This document shows positions 19,173-28,532 of a stretch of DNA of 64,000 bases, one piece after another. A program made the translations under genes and the position numbers. Below the pieces are notes generated by a model. It ran no database searches. It saw only the letters and a list, made by a program, of their open reading frames with translations, and was not told where the DNA came from. Numbering within the stretch: the stretch's first letter is position 1; each line of letters begins with the position of its first letter. Source of the DNA: a bacterium (GTDB lineage: Bacteria; Hydrothermota; 32-111); NCBI GenBank assembly GCA_046484245.1, contig JAWOBN010000073.1, positions 19,465 through 83,464 of the forward strand, in the 5' to 3' direction.

Positions 19173-20008
19173 TTGTCCTGTACAATAATGCGGAGTTCTT
19201 TTTCAGGAACAATTACAGTACACTGACAAATAATAATATCAATATCATTGCTGTGGACAATAATGACAACAGCAGACTTATGGAGGAATATACTGATATT
19301 CAGTATATTAAACCGCGCGGCAATATCGGCTACGGCAGTGCTGTCAATGCGGGGTTCTCCGAGGTCAGATCCCCATACACTATTGTATGCAATGATGATA
19401 TTGTAATATCCCCCGGCAGTATAGAGCACATTGTTGAAAGGATTCCCTATTACAGCAGAAACGGATACTCAATAGTAGGATTCAATGTATATTCGCCTGA
19501 TTCCCGGCGCAGAGGCGTGCATAGAGCAATCTACAATCCTTATGTCATCCTGTATCACAATTCATTTATACCTGCAATTCTCTCACTCTTTTCCGGTCAA
19601 TCAGGATATGCCGGTGTATTTGAGACAATGCATTATCACAAATCATCCAAACATGTACGCGGTGTATCCGGTTCATGCTTTATGGTCAGCAGCAGTGATT
19701 TCAGGGCATTGAATGGTTTTGACAGCAATTACTTTCTCACATATGAGGAGATTGATCTCTTCAGGCGGTTCACATTGAATAAACGCATTATATACTATGA
19801 CAGAGATATACTGATCAAACATCTGCACGGATTCACCTCACAGAGAATAATGCTTACCCAGGCATACAGGTCAATGTCCTATTTCCTCTCCAAATACTAT
19901 AAGAATATCAAAAATCCCGTGGAGATACTTGTTCTTTTCTGGTTAATAATAAAATCATTCCTCACAGGTGACACATATGCATTCAGGAATTTTCTTAACA
20001 GAAAATAG
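19148..20008 (+). CDS. Glycosyltransferase family 2
   Basis: The N-terminal VDLIVVLYNN and a DxD-like motif (VCNDDIV) are typical of GT2 Rossmann-type enzymes. Length 286 aa. Confidence 0.6.
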   Translation: MERTVDLIVVLYNNAEFFFRNNYSTLTNNNINIIAVDNNDNSRLMEEYTDIQYIKPRGNIGYGSAVNAGFSEVRSPYTIVCNDDIVISPGSIEHIVERIPYYSRNGYSIVGFNVYSPDSRRRGVHRAIYNPYVILYHNSFIPAILSLFSGQSGYAGVFETMHYHKSSKHVRGVSGSCFMVSSSDFRALNGFDSNYFLTYEEIDLFRRFTLNKRIIYYDRDILIKHLHGFTSQRIMLTQAYRSMSYFLSKYYKNIKNPVEILVLFWLIIKSFLTGDTYAFRNFLNRK

Positions 20009-21308
20009 ATACCGGCTCATACTGCTGATACTGATTACAGCTGTAAGCCCCCTGCTTCCCGTTCGGGGTATGACAGAGGGTATGTTCATTATTGCATTTC
20101 TACTGCTCATTCTCATTGTGTCACGGCACCTGCTGGGCAATCATTCACTGTTCATTGTTATTATGCTTCTATACGGCATATTCTCCCGCCTTATATTCTA
20201 CAGTGCAGGGGGTATGCAGTACAATCCCGTATTCCTCCTTCCTGATATATATATAATTATGTATATAGATGAATTGATTCATGCGCTGAAGGATATGAAT
20301 AGATACAAGAGGGCGGGCCTTCTGGCATTTATAATACTATCTGCAGTTTACTCCACATTGCTCAGTCCCGGAGATATTATTGTTCAGGCGATTTCACTGA
20401 ATATACTGATAATACCCCTGCTGTTCTTTCTGATAGTAGGCAGTGTCAAGAAAATTATTGACATAATGGAGATAATGGCGCCATTTATAATCGGATACGC
20501 AGTACTGCACTTTGCAGGCATACTGCCTGTATTTGATGCTTACTGGATTGATGTGAATCATATGAATACATTTGACTCAATTAAAGTGGGTGGTATTATG
20601 CGGCCCCTTGCATCATTTACATCTGTTGAAGAACTCGGCATATTTCTCATGCTGCTGATGGTAATCCCCTTTTACAGAAGGACAAAATATACTCTTATAA
20701 TGGGAATAACCGCATTATCAATGCTGCTCATATTCTCCATACGCATGCCCTTGATGATTTTTTTGGCTTTCGTGGTTTTATTCCTCATAAGCAGGCGGCA
20801 GTATAAGATTCTCGGTGTCACAGTACTTATAATTACAGGAATATCAATAATGGTCAGCCGTTCTGATATAATGAAACCCATTCATTCCAGTGAAACGGGT
20901 ATGGATGTTATTGTAAGACATACACTGGAGCCATTTGGCAATATATTCTCATCCTATTCCCTGGAGAAGAGGATTGTAACAGCACACAGGAATATTGAGA
21001 TAATAATGGAAAATCCCGCGGGCCTGGGTTTCAATGCAAACCCGAGGATTATGGAACATAAGAAAAATATACACGAAGCTGAAAGCAGTTTCATCCAGCT
21101 TGTATTGGGAGGCGGCATACCAATGCTGATATTCCTTGCAGGCGTATATATTGTATCCGGGATAAGTATCTTGAGAAGCAGATTCGGATTAAAAAGCGGT
21201 CTGCTTTTTATCTCTCTTCTCCTTATAATGTTCACGCATGCACTATCCCTTCATTTTATAGGTCCGCTGGTATATCTTTGTATAATAAGGGGGAATTATT
21301 TTGAATAG
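19968..21308 (+). CDS. Polytopic membrane protein, O-antigen polymerase/ligase (Wzy/WaaL)-like
   Basis: 446 aa with about 10-12 TM helices and a larger loop near the C-terminal third. Assigned from its position within the polysaccharide locus. Confidence 0.4.
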   Translation: MTHMHSGIFLTENRYRLILLILITAVSPLLPVRGMTEGMFIIAFLLLILIVSRHLLGNHSLFIVIMLLYGIFSRLIFYSAGGMQYNPVFLLPDIYIIMYIDELIHALKDMNRYKRAGLLAFIILSAVYSTLLSPGDIIVQAISLNILIIPLLFFLIVGSVKKIIDIMEIMAPFIIGYAVLHFAGILPVFDAYWIDVNHMNTFDSIKVGGIMRPLASFTSVEELGIFLMLLMVIPFYRRTKYTLIMGITALSMLLIFSIRMPLMIFLAFVVLFLISRRQYKILGVTVLIITGISIMVSRSDIMKPIHSSETGMDVIVRHTLEPFGNIFSSYSLEKRIVTAHRNIEIIMENPAGLGFNANPRIMEHKKNIHEAESSFIQLVLGGGIPMLIFLAGVYIVSGISILRSRFGLKSGLLFISLLLIMFTHALSLHFIGPLVYLCIIRGNYFE

Positions 21309-22578
21309 ACCAATGGAAATACTGGAGAGACAGAGACAGGCAACTGCACGGAGTATTGAATATACCGACAATTTGATTCAACCGAGCAGTCAGCTGAAAA
21401 TATTCCAATATTCATTATTATGGACAGTTTACAGAACAATCACTGATGAGGACTACAGGTTCAGGCCGAAAATGTCCAGACCGGCAATACTTTTCAGCGG
21501 GCAGTTGCCGCCTGACAGGTATTATCTGCATTCAGGCAATATCCCCGGGAGTATTATTGAAGCATTTGAAAAGAACCATATTCACGGTATGGACCTGAGA
21601 CTGACGGGAATGGGAATTGGTTATATTATTTCCGGAGCCCTTAAATTCCCCCGTTCATTCAAGTATAAAAATATCTATCAGATAAAAGACAGTATAGAGA
21701 CAGAGCGCAGTATCAGAGACCTTATCAATTCAAATATTGTTGATATTGAGAGATTCTCATCAGTATTGGACAAATTGTTCTGTGAGAAAAAACCCCTCTT
21801 CATACTGCTTGACCAGGACAGGACAAAATTCAGACGGATTATTGCAATGAAGGCGCATCAGCATTCAATTCCTGTCTATGTGATTCAGCACGGGATGACA
21901 CCTGCCTGCACTGACAACAGTATCCCGTTTGCAAATGAATCATTCTTTCCCATTCACTGTGACAAAATCTTCACCTGGGGCAGACATGCTGCTCAATACC
22001 TGATAGAGGGCGGGGTAAATCCCGAAAATATCATTGAGGCGGGCAATCCGTATATACCCGATATTGATGACAGTATCCGCCCTTCAGGGGAACTGCTTGT
22101 TATTGACCAGCAGTTTGAGGGCCAGGAGGAGGAGAGAGAATTCTCATACAGAAAGCTCACGGATGCTCTGGAGTCATCAGGCAGAGAATACAGCATATAT
22201 CTGCGCAATGATTATAACCGGGAGTTCCTTACGAAGATAGCAGGCAAGGGAAGAGTGCTTTCATGGTCAAAGGACAGTGCAGCAGCAAATATGCTGAAGC
22301 ACTGTATCACACTGGGGTTTTACTCATCTGCATTAATAGAATCCATTGCTCTTAACAGACCTGCTGTTGCATGCGACTTTATGGGCAGAGGCAATGTAAT
22401 GGGATTTGAGGGCAGGGGACTGTTCTATGCAGACAGCAGTGATTTTGAAAGGAGTATAGAGCAGGCGCTGGAAATATCAGGAAGAGCAGATCTCAGCCGG
22501 ACACTGCAGAGATTCTGTACCAGAAGAGGTCCGGATGCGGGGAGATTCATTGCACGGAGTATCATGGAGATGTTATGA
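21301..22578 (+). CDS. Uncharacterised polysaccharide-biosynthesis protein (possible GT-B-like or capsule-biosynthesis fold)
   Basis: 425-aa soluble protein embedded between Wzy-like and GT4 genes, with start and stop overlaps on both sides. I recognised no clear motif. Confidence 0.45.
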   Translation: MNRPMEILERQRQATARSIEYTDNLIQPSSQLKIFQYSLLWTVYRTITDEDYRFRPKMSRPAILFSGQLPPDRYYLHSGNIPGSIIEAFEKNHIHGMDLRLTGMGIGYIISGALKFPRSFKYKNIYQIKDSIETERSIRDLINSNIVDIERFSSVLDKLFCEKKPLFILLDQDRTKFRRIIAMKAHQHSIPVYVIQHGMTPACTDNSIPFANESFFPIHCDKIFTWGRHAAQYLIEGGVNPENIIEAGNPYIPDIDDSIRPSGELLVIDQQFEGQEEEREFSYRKLTDALESSGREYSIYLRNDYNREFLTKIAGKGRVLSWSKDSAAANMLKHCITLGFYSSALIESIALNRPAVACDFMGRGNVMGFEGRGLFYADSSDFERSIEQALEISGRADLSRTLQRFCTRRGPDAGRFIARSIMEML

Positions 22579-23612
22579 ATATAACATTCATTGACCTTTC
22601 CGTGCACAGAGGCGGAGCAGAGCTGTCACTGGAGAGTCTTGCGCATGCACTGGAAAAAAAACATAATATTACAATTATTGCTCCCCGGGGGACCCGGATC
22701 AATGCTGACACCGGATTCATACTGCTGAGAGGCAGCAGGTGTTTTACTCAATCCAAGAGAGGCGCACGCGCACTGCTTGCAGGATTAAAAATACTAATGC
22801 TCGGCATGACATCCAAGTGCCGTAATCTGATCATAAGCAATACATTCAAGGCTCACATAATGGGAGCAGGCATGAAGCTGACAGGCAGGGCTGAACACTG
22901 GATTATTATTGAGAGGGATGTGCCGGAGAATATCATCATACGGTTGATCAAACGGATACTGCATTATGCTGCAGACAGCACTGTTTTTATATCAGAATTT
23001 CTGAGAAAACAGTATGGCAAAAGTGATGGTATTGTTATCGGCAATATTGTAGAATCCGTAGAGTGCAGTAAAGAGTACCGCAGCCCGTACAGGCTTCTCT
23101 TTGCCGGGGATCTCACCTATCAGAAGGGGCTGGACAGGGCAATTGAGGTATTTGACGAATTGAGAAAGACAGACAGACGGTTTGAACTGACAGTAGCGGG
23201 CGCATCTGTCTCATATTCCGGGCAATCGCCTGTAAAAATAAAAAGAGGTATTCATTATGAGGGTTATACGGATAGGTCCCGACTTTACTCCAATGCAGGT
23301 TTTATCATTCTGCTCAACAGGAAAACAGAGAGCTTCTCCAGGGTTGTTTTTGAGGCAATGAAATGCGGCATTGTCCCTGTGATTTTGAAGGGCAATGGTA
23401 TGGATGACTATACAACTGATAATGTCAATGCACTCAAGTTCACCGGGTATCTGCCTGATGAAATAAGCCGGCGGATTATCAGCACAATTGAATCCGGTGA
23501 TTATGAGAAGATGAGGAATAATCTGGGGCATGCATTTGAGTACAGAGAGGGTGTTCATGTGAAAGAACAATGGCTGGAATTGATTGAACAATTCAGTACC
23601 GGGCAAACTTGA
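22575..23612 (+). CDS. Glycosyltransferase family 4
   Basis: The C-terminal ESFSRVVFEAMKCGIVPVI matches the GT4 E-x7-E region. Length 345 aa. Confidence 0.65.
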   Translation: MNITFIDLSVHRGGAELSLESLAHALEKKHNITIIAPRGTRINADTGFILLRGSRCFTQSKRGARALLAGLKILMLGMTSKCRNLIISNTFKAHIMGAGMKLTGRAEHWIIIERDVPENIIIRLIKRILHYAADSTVFISEFLRKQYGKSDGIVIGNIVESVECSKEYRSPYRLLFAGDLTYQKGLDRAIEVFDELRKTDRRFELTVAGASVSYSGQSPVKIKRGIHYEGYTDRSRLYSNAGFIILLNRKTESFSRVVFEAMKCGIVPVILKGNGMDDYTTDNVNALKFTGYLPDEISRRIISTIESGDYEKMRNNLGHAFEYREGVHVKEQWLELIEQFSTGQT

Positions 23613-23655
23613 CAAAAACATATTAATTGATACTCTTAAATAAAAAGGAGGATAC

Positions 23656-24123
23656 ATGAAGAGATTCACTTTACCGGCAATTGTAGTACTCATTATTGCA
23701 GGTTGCACTTTACTCAATTTCCTTCCCTCAGGTGAACTGACATTTGATAAATTCTACGACTTGGACAATGGGGTGCAGATTGACCCTAATGGTGATAATC
23801 TCAGTGACGCTGACCTGATACTTGAGCCATGGTATAAAGACGGCGAACCTGCACCTGCTCTGCAGCTCTACAGCTGGGGCGACAATGCCACATTCATTCA
23901 TGATCTCGGCGAGATATCACTGGACAAGGCGCTGAGTATGTCAGACAGTGAGATTGAACCTGACAGTATTGAGTGGGATGTATATGTTAACCAGTCACAT
24001 ACCTACTATATTGTAACATCCGAGATGAATGAATTTTTCCTCTATGTCTCTGATGTGGAGATTCAGGAGGATGAAACCACATACGAAGCCACAGTAAAAT
24101 TCAATTATCAGCAGAGAAATTAA
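23656..24123 (+). CDS. Hypothetical lipoprotein
   Basis: Signal peptide with lipobox (LIIAGC); AGGAGG ribosome-binding site upstream; 155-aa acidic protein. Confidence 0.55.
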   Translation: MKRFTLPAIVVLIIAGCTLLNFLPSGELTFDKFYDLDNGVQIDPNGDNLSDADLILEPWYKDGEPAPALQLYSWGDNATFIHDLGEISLDKALSMSDSEIEPDSIEWDVYVNQSHTYYIVTSEMNEFFLYVSDVEIQEDETTYEATVKFNYQQRN

Positions 24124-24127
24124 CAGA

Positions 24128-24147
24128 GGGCGGCCTGCCGCCCTTTT
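24128..24147 (+). terminator. Rho-independent terminator (GGGCGGCctGCCGCCC + TTTT)
   Basis: A GC hairpin at 24128-24143 followed by TTTT, immediately after the lipoprotein stop. Confidence 0.55.
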
Positions 24148-24941
24148 CATTTAATTGCTTTCATGGAAAACATCAGGGGTATCTTCTTCTTAAAACCCGG
24201 TATATGCCAGTATCCGTCTTTATTCTGTTTCATGAACTGAGTTGTTTTATAGAATGTATGGTCAAATTCATTGAAAAACTCTACTCTAAGACAGGCTGTT
24301 GATGCAGCATTGATGATGTCCGAAACAGACCATATCCACTCATACGAAGGATATGAGAGTTTTCTGTCCTCAGCTGAATAATCCGCATTATCATCCCATT
24401 TTACCGGATTTTCATTGTGGAAATAATCCATTGATATTCTGACTGATGCATCCTCTTCATCAATAGTCATCAGCACGGGATGCGTATCCCTCACATAGAC
24501 AAATCCCCCCGGTTTCAGTAGTGATCCAAGGTCCCTGAACAATCCGTATAGATCACTGTTCCAGCATAATACTCCCCGGCTTAAATATACTATATCAAAA
24601 GTGCTGTCAATAACTTCCGTTAGCTCACTGTTATCTGACACAATAAATTTGCTATTGCTGTTTGTTTTTACAGCAAGTTCTCTTGCAATATCTATTGATT
24701 TCTCGGAAAAATCCGTTCCTGTAACATGAGCACCTTCATATGCAAGTGAAATGGAATCTGTTCCAATATGGCATTGGATATGAAGAAGTGCTTTATCCCT
24801 GATATCACCGAGTTCATTTTTTTCATTCTCTTTTATGATGCTTTTGCCTGACAGCACTGTTTTGATCTCATCATATGAGTTTCTGTGAATTTCAGCCATC
24901 TCATCCCACATCTCTCTATTGTTTCTGATAAAATCATTCAT
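24147..24941 (-). CDS. Class I SAM-dependent methyltransferase
   Basis: Motif I (HIQCHIGTDSISLAYEGAHVTGTDFSEKSIDIAR) and a post-I acidic residue identify the Rossmann-fold methyltransferase family. Length 264 aa. Confidence 0.7.
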   Translation of the reverse strand: MNDFIRNNREMWDEMAEIHRNSYDEIKTVLSGKSIIKENEKNELGDIRDKALLHIQCHIGTDSISLAYEGAHVTGTDFSEKSIDIARELAVKTNSNSKFIVSDNSELTEVIDSTFDIVYLSRGVLCWNSDLYGLFRDLGSLLKPGGFVYVRDTHPVLMTIDEEDASVRISMDYFHNENPVKWDDNADYSAEDRKLSYPSYEWIWSVSDIINAASTACLRVEFFNEFDHTFYKTTQFMKQNKDGYWHIPGFKKKIPLMFSMKAIK

Positions 24942-25104
24942 GATATTCCTTTTTAGAGTATTATATCATTGATCTCCATTTGTTCAATATTATATCTTTC
25001 CTCATCAAAAAATCATATAAAACCATATAGATGTCACCTGCCCCCCTCTTCTTTGCATGATGAATTCTCAATAATCATCAGTCAGTCTATCATATACCTT
25101 CAAT

Positions 25105-25144
25105 CCAAATCCCGGGGACGACCCTTGCAATTCATGCAAATTGC
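25105..25144 (+). repeat. Intergenic repeat copy 1 (core CCAAATCCCGGGGACGACCCTTGCAA)
   Basis: Near-exact reverse complement of copy 4 at 25699-25740, which reads ...CAAGGGTCGTCCCCGGGATTTGG. Confidence 0.8.
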
Positions 25145-25355
25145 GGTTCTTCTCCAAAATAGTTGGCTGATTCATCCGGAAACACTTATTATTCATTAAA
25201 TTAAGCAGTATTACAAATCGCAAGTACTATATGTACTCTCATAATTTTTCTTTAGCTTCTTAATTATACAGAACGATCATGATTATGCATGACCAGCCCG
25301 CATCTTAAATCTAATTTCAACATCTGTCCTTTTGTCCCATATTTTGTAAAAACAC

Positions 25356-25396
25356 CCTCCAAATCCCAGGGACGTCCCTTTATATCTGCAACTTCT
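25356..25396 (+). repeat. Intergenic repeat copy 2 (CCTCCAAATCCCAGGGACGTCCCTTTAT)
   Basis: Same core as copy 1 with one A/G difference. It forms an inverted pair with copy 3, about 125 bp away. Confidence 0.8.
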
Positions 25397-25480
25397 ATGT
25401 TAAATTATTACTCAACTTATGATTCGCTGTTTTCTAATTAAAGTTATTGTATAACTTACAATTACTTAATTTTGTAAATT

Positions 25481-25522
25481 CTTGCAATTGTAAAGGAACG
25501 TCCCCGGGATTTGGGCAAAATG
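25481..25522 (-). repeat. Intergenic repeat copy 3, inverted orientation (TTGCAATTGTAAAGGAACGTCCCCGGGATTTGGGC)
   Basis: Reverse complement of the core seen in copies 1, 2 and 5. Confidence 0.8.
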
Positions 25523-25698
25523 TTATGTAATTTTATAAATAACTGGTTTTAGGGTGTGTTTTCAGCCGTTTTACAGTTTATTCTCTAATATTTCACGCTT
25601 TGTTCATTGAGAAGTCATCTTTCTTGTATTCTGTATCTCTTTTTACCAACTCTTTTGGAGAAGAACCTTAACAATGTAAGTTAATAATAGCAGAACTA

Positions 25699-25767
25699 AA
25701 ATTGCATGAATTACAAGGGTCGTCCCCGGGATTTGGCAGGTAGTTTTGACCAAAAAAGGGTAAAAGG
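25699..25767 (-). repeat. Intergenic repeat copy 4, inverted, with an extended roughly 50-nt block (…GTCCCCGGGATTTGGCAGGTAGTTTTGACCAAAAAAGGGTAAAAGG)
   Basis: Core plus a downstream block shared with copy 6 at 35355-35420. Ends about 75 bp upstream of the ORF starting at 25841. Confidence 0.8.
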
Positions 25768-25840
25768 ACAAATGTGAAAATAGACTTGTGATGCATTGAC
25801 TACTCTGCTGTATTGATTAAAATAATGGAAAAGAGGATAT

Positions 25841-27037
25841 ATGATAATACCGTTGTGTATCAGGGATACTGTTGAGAGGATCCCTCTATTTTCAATAATA
25901 ATAATCTTAATGATCATATTTGTGTTCTGGCAATATCCTGCATTGAGATATATACCCTGGATTGAACATGAATTCATTCAGAATCTTGAAACAGAAAAAT
26001 TTATCAAGATAACCGGAATGTCTCATCTGCTCTCCCGAAGCAATGGATTCAATACATCAAATATCCTGCTGTCACTATTCAGCAGTCAGTATATACCTCA
26101 ATTCATTCTGAATCTATGGCTTGCCGCTGTTCTGCTTCCATTTATTGAAAACCGCACAGGCAGGGTTCCTTTTGTATTACTCTATATGTTTTTCTTCATG
26201 ATTGTATATGCAGTTGCGCGGACAGGCCTTTATTACAATGATTACCCTTTTCCCTTCAATCAGGGTATTTTACTGCTTTTTACAGGGTATTTCTATTCAA
26301 TGTATTTCTCCATGAAAATAAGGGTATTGTATTTCCTGGGTCCATTGAAATCACTTAAGGGTATAGTCGATTATCCTGCATCTGCTGTTATACTGCCACT
26401 CTATTTTGTTGTTCAGATCATAATTATAAGCATAGTAATGTTACGCAGGGATATACTTTTCCTTCCTACAGCCGGAATGCTGGTCAATATGTTATTTTGT
26501 CCTGTAATAGGTGCAATGACAGGATATATCATAAAGCGTATTCCCACTGTTAAGGTCATTGATAAATATCTAAGAAGACCGGATTCCTATCTCACTGCTG
26601 TAGATGAGAAAGAACAGGAGAATATTGAACTGTTGATTAATGGTGATAAAGAACAGAAAAAAACTGCCCTGAATAGCCTGGAAAGCAGTTTCATATCTAA
26701 ACCGGATACCAATATATTGAGTACATTATTTGAATATCACTGTAAGAAAGGCAATAAAGAGCATGCATTGAAATTGATCAGGTATTTCCTCAGTAAACCG
26801 GATAGTGATGATATATCAGAGCTCAGTGATATTATCAGCATCATTGAAAAGAATGCGGGCATTGATTTCATAAACAGCTTGGATGTAAAAAGCAGGATCA
26901 AAATCATCAAGGCATATTATCTGCTAAACAGATACGAGGAGGCACGGCAGCTCATGAGGTATCAGGAGGATAGTGAAAACAGTAAATCATATCAGTCATT
27001 AGTGAAGTTTTTTGAAAAGGAATATTTTATATGGTGA
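25841..27037 (+). CDS. Polytopic membrane protein with a C-terminal TPR-like soluble domain (hypothetical)
   Basis: 398 aa: about 7 N-terminal TM helices, then a soluble region with TPR-like helical pairs (KIIKAYYLLNRYEEARQLMRY). Confidence 0.5.
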   Translation: MIIPLCIRDTVERIPLFSIIIILMIIFVFWQYPALRYIPWIEHEFIQNLETEKFIKITGMSHLLSRSNGFNTSNILLSLFSSQYIPQFILNLWLAAVLLPFIENRTGRVPFVLLYMFFFMIVYAVARTGLYYNDYPFPFNQGILLLFTGYFYSMYFSMKIRVLYFLGPLKSLKGIVDYPASAVILPLYFVVQIIIISIVMLRRDILFLPTAGMLVNMLFCPVIGAMTGYIIKRIPTVKVIDKYLRRPDSYLTAVDEKEQENIELLINGDKEQKKTALNSLESSFISKPDTNILSTLFEYHCKKGNKEHALKLIRYFLSKPDSDDISELSDIISIIEKNAGIDFINSLDVKSRIKIIKAYYLLNRYEEARQLMRYQEDSENSKSYQSLVKFFEKEYFIW

Positions 27038-27171
27038 CATATCATTGCAGTTGTAACAATTTGTCATAATCCTCTATTTATAAACCTTATTATAATACAG
27101 CTTATGAAAGGCATTGATTTTGCAAGGGTAAATGGTGTTGAACTTTAAATCATAAAGGATATATTTAATAT

Positions 27172-27852
27172 ATGACTGGAACATTAATAAATGCAGGAGC
27201 TGTAATAGCCGGCTCAATCATAGGACTTCTATTGAACAGAAGATTGCCTGAGAAAATAACAAAGGCTGTATTTATACCAATAGGTCTCTTTACAATTTTT
27301 CTCGGTATCAAGATGACAATCAATACACCGAATATATTAATACTTGTTTTATCTGCTGTGAGCGGTACTTTGATAGGTGTCCTTATCAATCTCAATCATG
27401 CAATTGACAGCATTGGAGAGAAATTGAAGCAACTGTTAAAGGCAACAAATAAACATTTTACAGAGGGGCTTGTAACTGCTTTCCTCATTTTCTGCATGGG
27501 TTCACTGACAGTTCTCGGTGCATTTGAGGAGGGGACAGGCAATTTCCCCGATATACTGCTGACCAAATCCATAATGGACGGCTTTACCTCAGTAATACTT
27601 GCTGCTTCAATGGGCATTGGTGTAATGCTCTCTGCAATCCCCCTGCTTATATATCAGGGACTTCTCACCTTGTTTGCGGGTTCACTCACCGGTCTTATTA
27701 CTCCTGATACTGTCAGTCAGATATCAGGTGCAGGCGGCCTGATGCTTCTGGGACTCGGTATTGAGATACTGGAAATTAAAAAACTGAATATTGTCAATAT
27801 GCTGCCCTCACTTATTATTGCAGGGGTTCTGGCATATTTCTTTGTGGGGTGA
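27172..27852 (+). CDS. DUF554 (YqgA-like) family membrane protein
   Basis: The N-terminus MTGTLINAGAVIAGSIIGLLLNRRLPEKI and overall 226-aa six-TM layout match the DUF554 family. Confidence 0.65.
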   Translation: MTGTLINAGAVIAGSIIGLLLNRRLPEKITKAVFIPIGLFTIFLGIKMTINTPNILILVLSAVSGTLIGVLINLNHAIDSIGEKLKQLLKATNKHFTEGLVTAFLIFCMGSLTVLGAFEEGTGNFPDILLTKSIMDGFTSVILAASMGIGVMLSAIPLLIYQGLLTLFAGSLTGLITPDTVSQISGAGGLMLLGLGIEILEIKKLNIVNMLPSLIIAGVLAYFFVG

Positions 27853-28532
27853 TTATGAAAAAAATGATATTACTGATGCTTATCATTATTTCAACAGCAG
27901 TGCACTCACTGGAAATAACTTCATATGAGATACCTGATTACAGTAATGATCTGCCGCTTGACAGTTTCACTGACATGGCAATAGACGGAAGTACAGGGAA
28001 TCTATGCCTTACAGGACCGGGGGTGTGGTGTGAAATACCACTGAAGGGTAATGAGCCTGATTGGGATAGATCTTTTACTGCATCAACAGGGGAGTATCAA
28101 TTGACAGTTGTTGCAGGCAGGAACAATGGTGTGACTGTTTTTGACAGGTATAATTATTCAGTAATGGATGAAGAGAATGTATATGCAGCAGACCACTGGG
28201 GTATTGAACCATCCTGTATGGAATATTCCGGTTATGTTCTGCTTATCGGCAACAAGGAGGGTACTGTGTCCTCATGGGAAATAAGGAGAGGTACAATTGA
28301 GATGATTTCCCATACAGATTGTTCAATAATACTTACAGGCATTGCATCTGCAGTGAATACTGTCTTTCTCTCTGATTCCAATTATATATACAGATGCGAC
28401 AGTGACTACAATATTGAGAAACGGTTTGAGACGGATTTTGCAATAAACGGTATTGCTGCATCTGACAGTGTACTCTGGGCTGTTGGTATGAATGAGAATA
28501 GAATCTACAGGATAGAGGGAGTGTATCAGTGA
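27849..28532 (+). CDS. Secreted hypothetical protein
   Basis: Signal peptide (MKKMILLMLIIISTAVHS), Cys-containing and beta-rich, 227 aa. It overlaps the neighbouring genes at both ends. Confidence 0.5.
   Translation: MIMKKMILLMLIIISTAVHSLEITSYEIPDYSNDLPLDSFTDMAIDGSTGNLCLTGPGVWCEIPLKGNEPDWDRSFTASTGEYQLTVVAGRNNGVTVFDRYNYSVMDEENVYAADHWGIEPSCMEYSGYVLLIGNKEGTVSSWEIRRGTIEMISHTDCSIILTGIASAVNTVFLSDSNYIYRCDSDYNIEKRFETDFAINGIAASDSVLWAVGMNENRIYRIEGVYQ

Noticed and set aside
25105-25767. Possible CRISPR array
   Set aside because: The repeats are in mixed orientation and irregularly spaced (250, 125 and 220 bp), with no regular direct repeats or unique spacers and no cas genes nearby.
24969-25977. Small ORFs (76 aa + strand, 88 aa - strand) in the 24942-25840 intergenic region
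   Set aside because: They overlap the repeat copies and have no ribosome-binding sites; the region looks non-coding or RNA-coding rather than protein-coding.
25841-27037. Rhomboid protease assignment for the polytopic membrane protein
   Set aside because: An N…G…E…G pattern in one helix looked rhomboid-like, but there is no GxSG catalytic serine motif and no downstream catalytic His.
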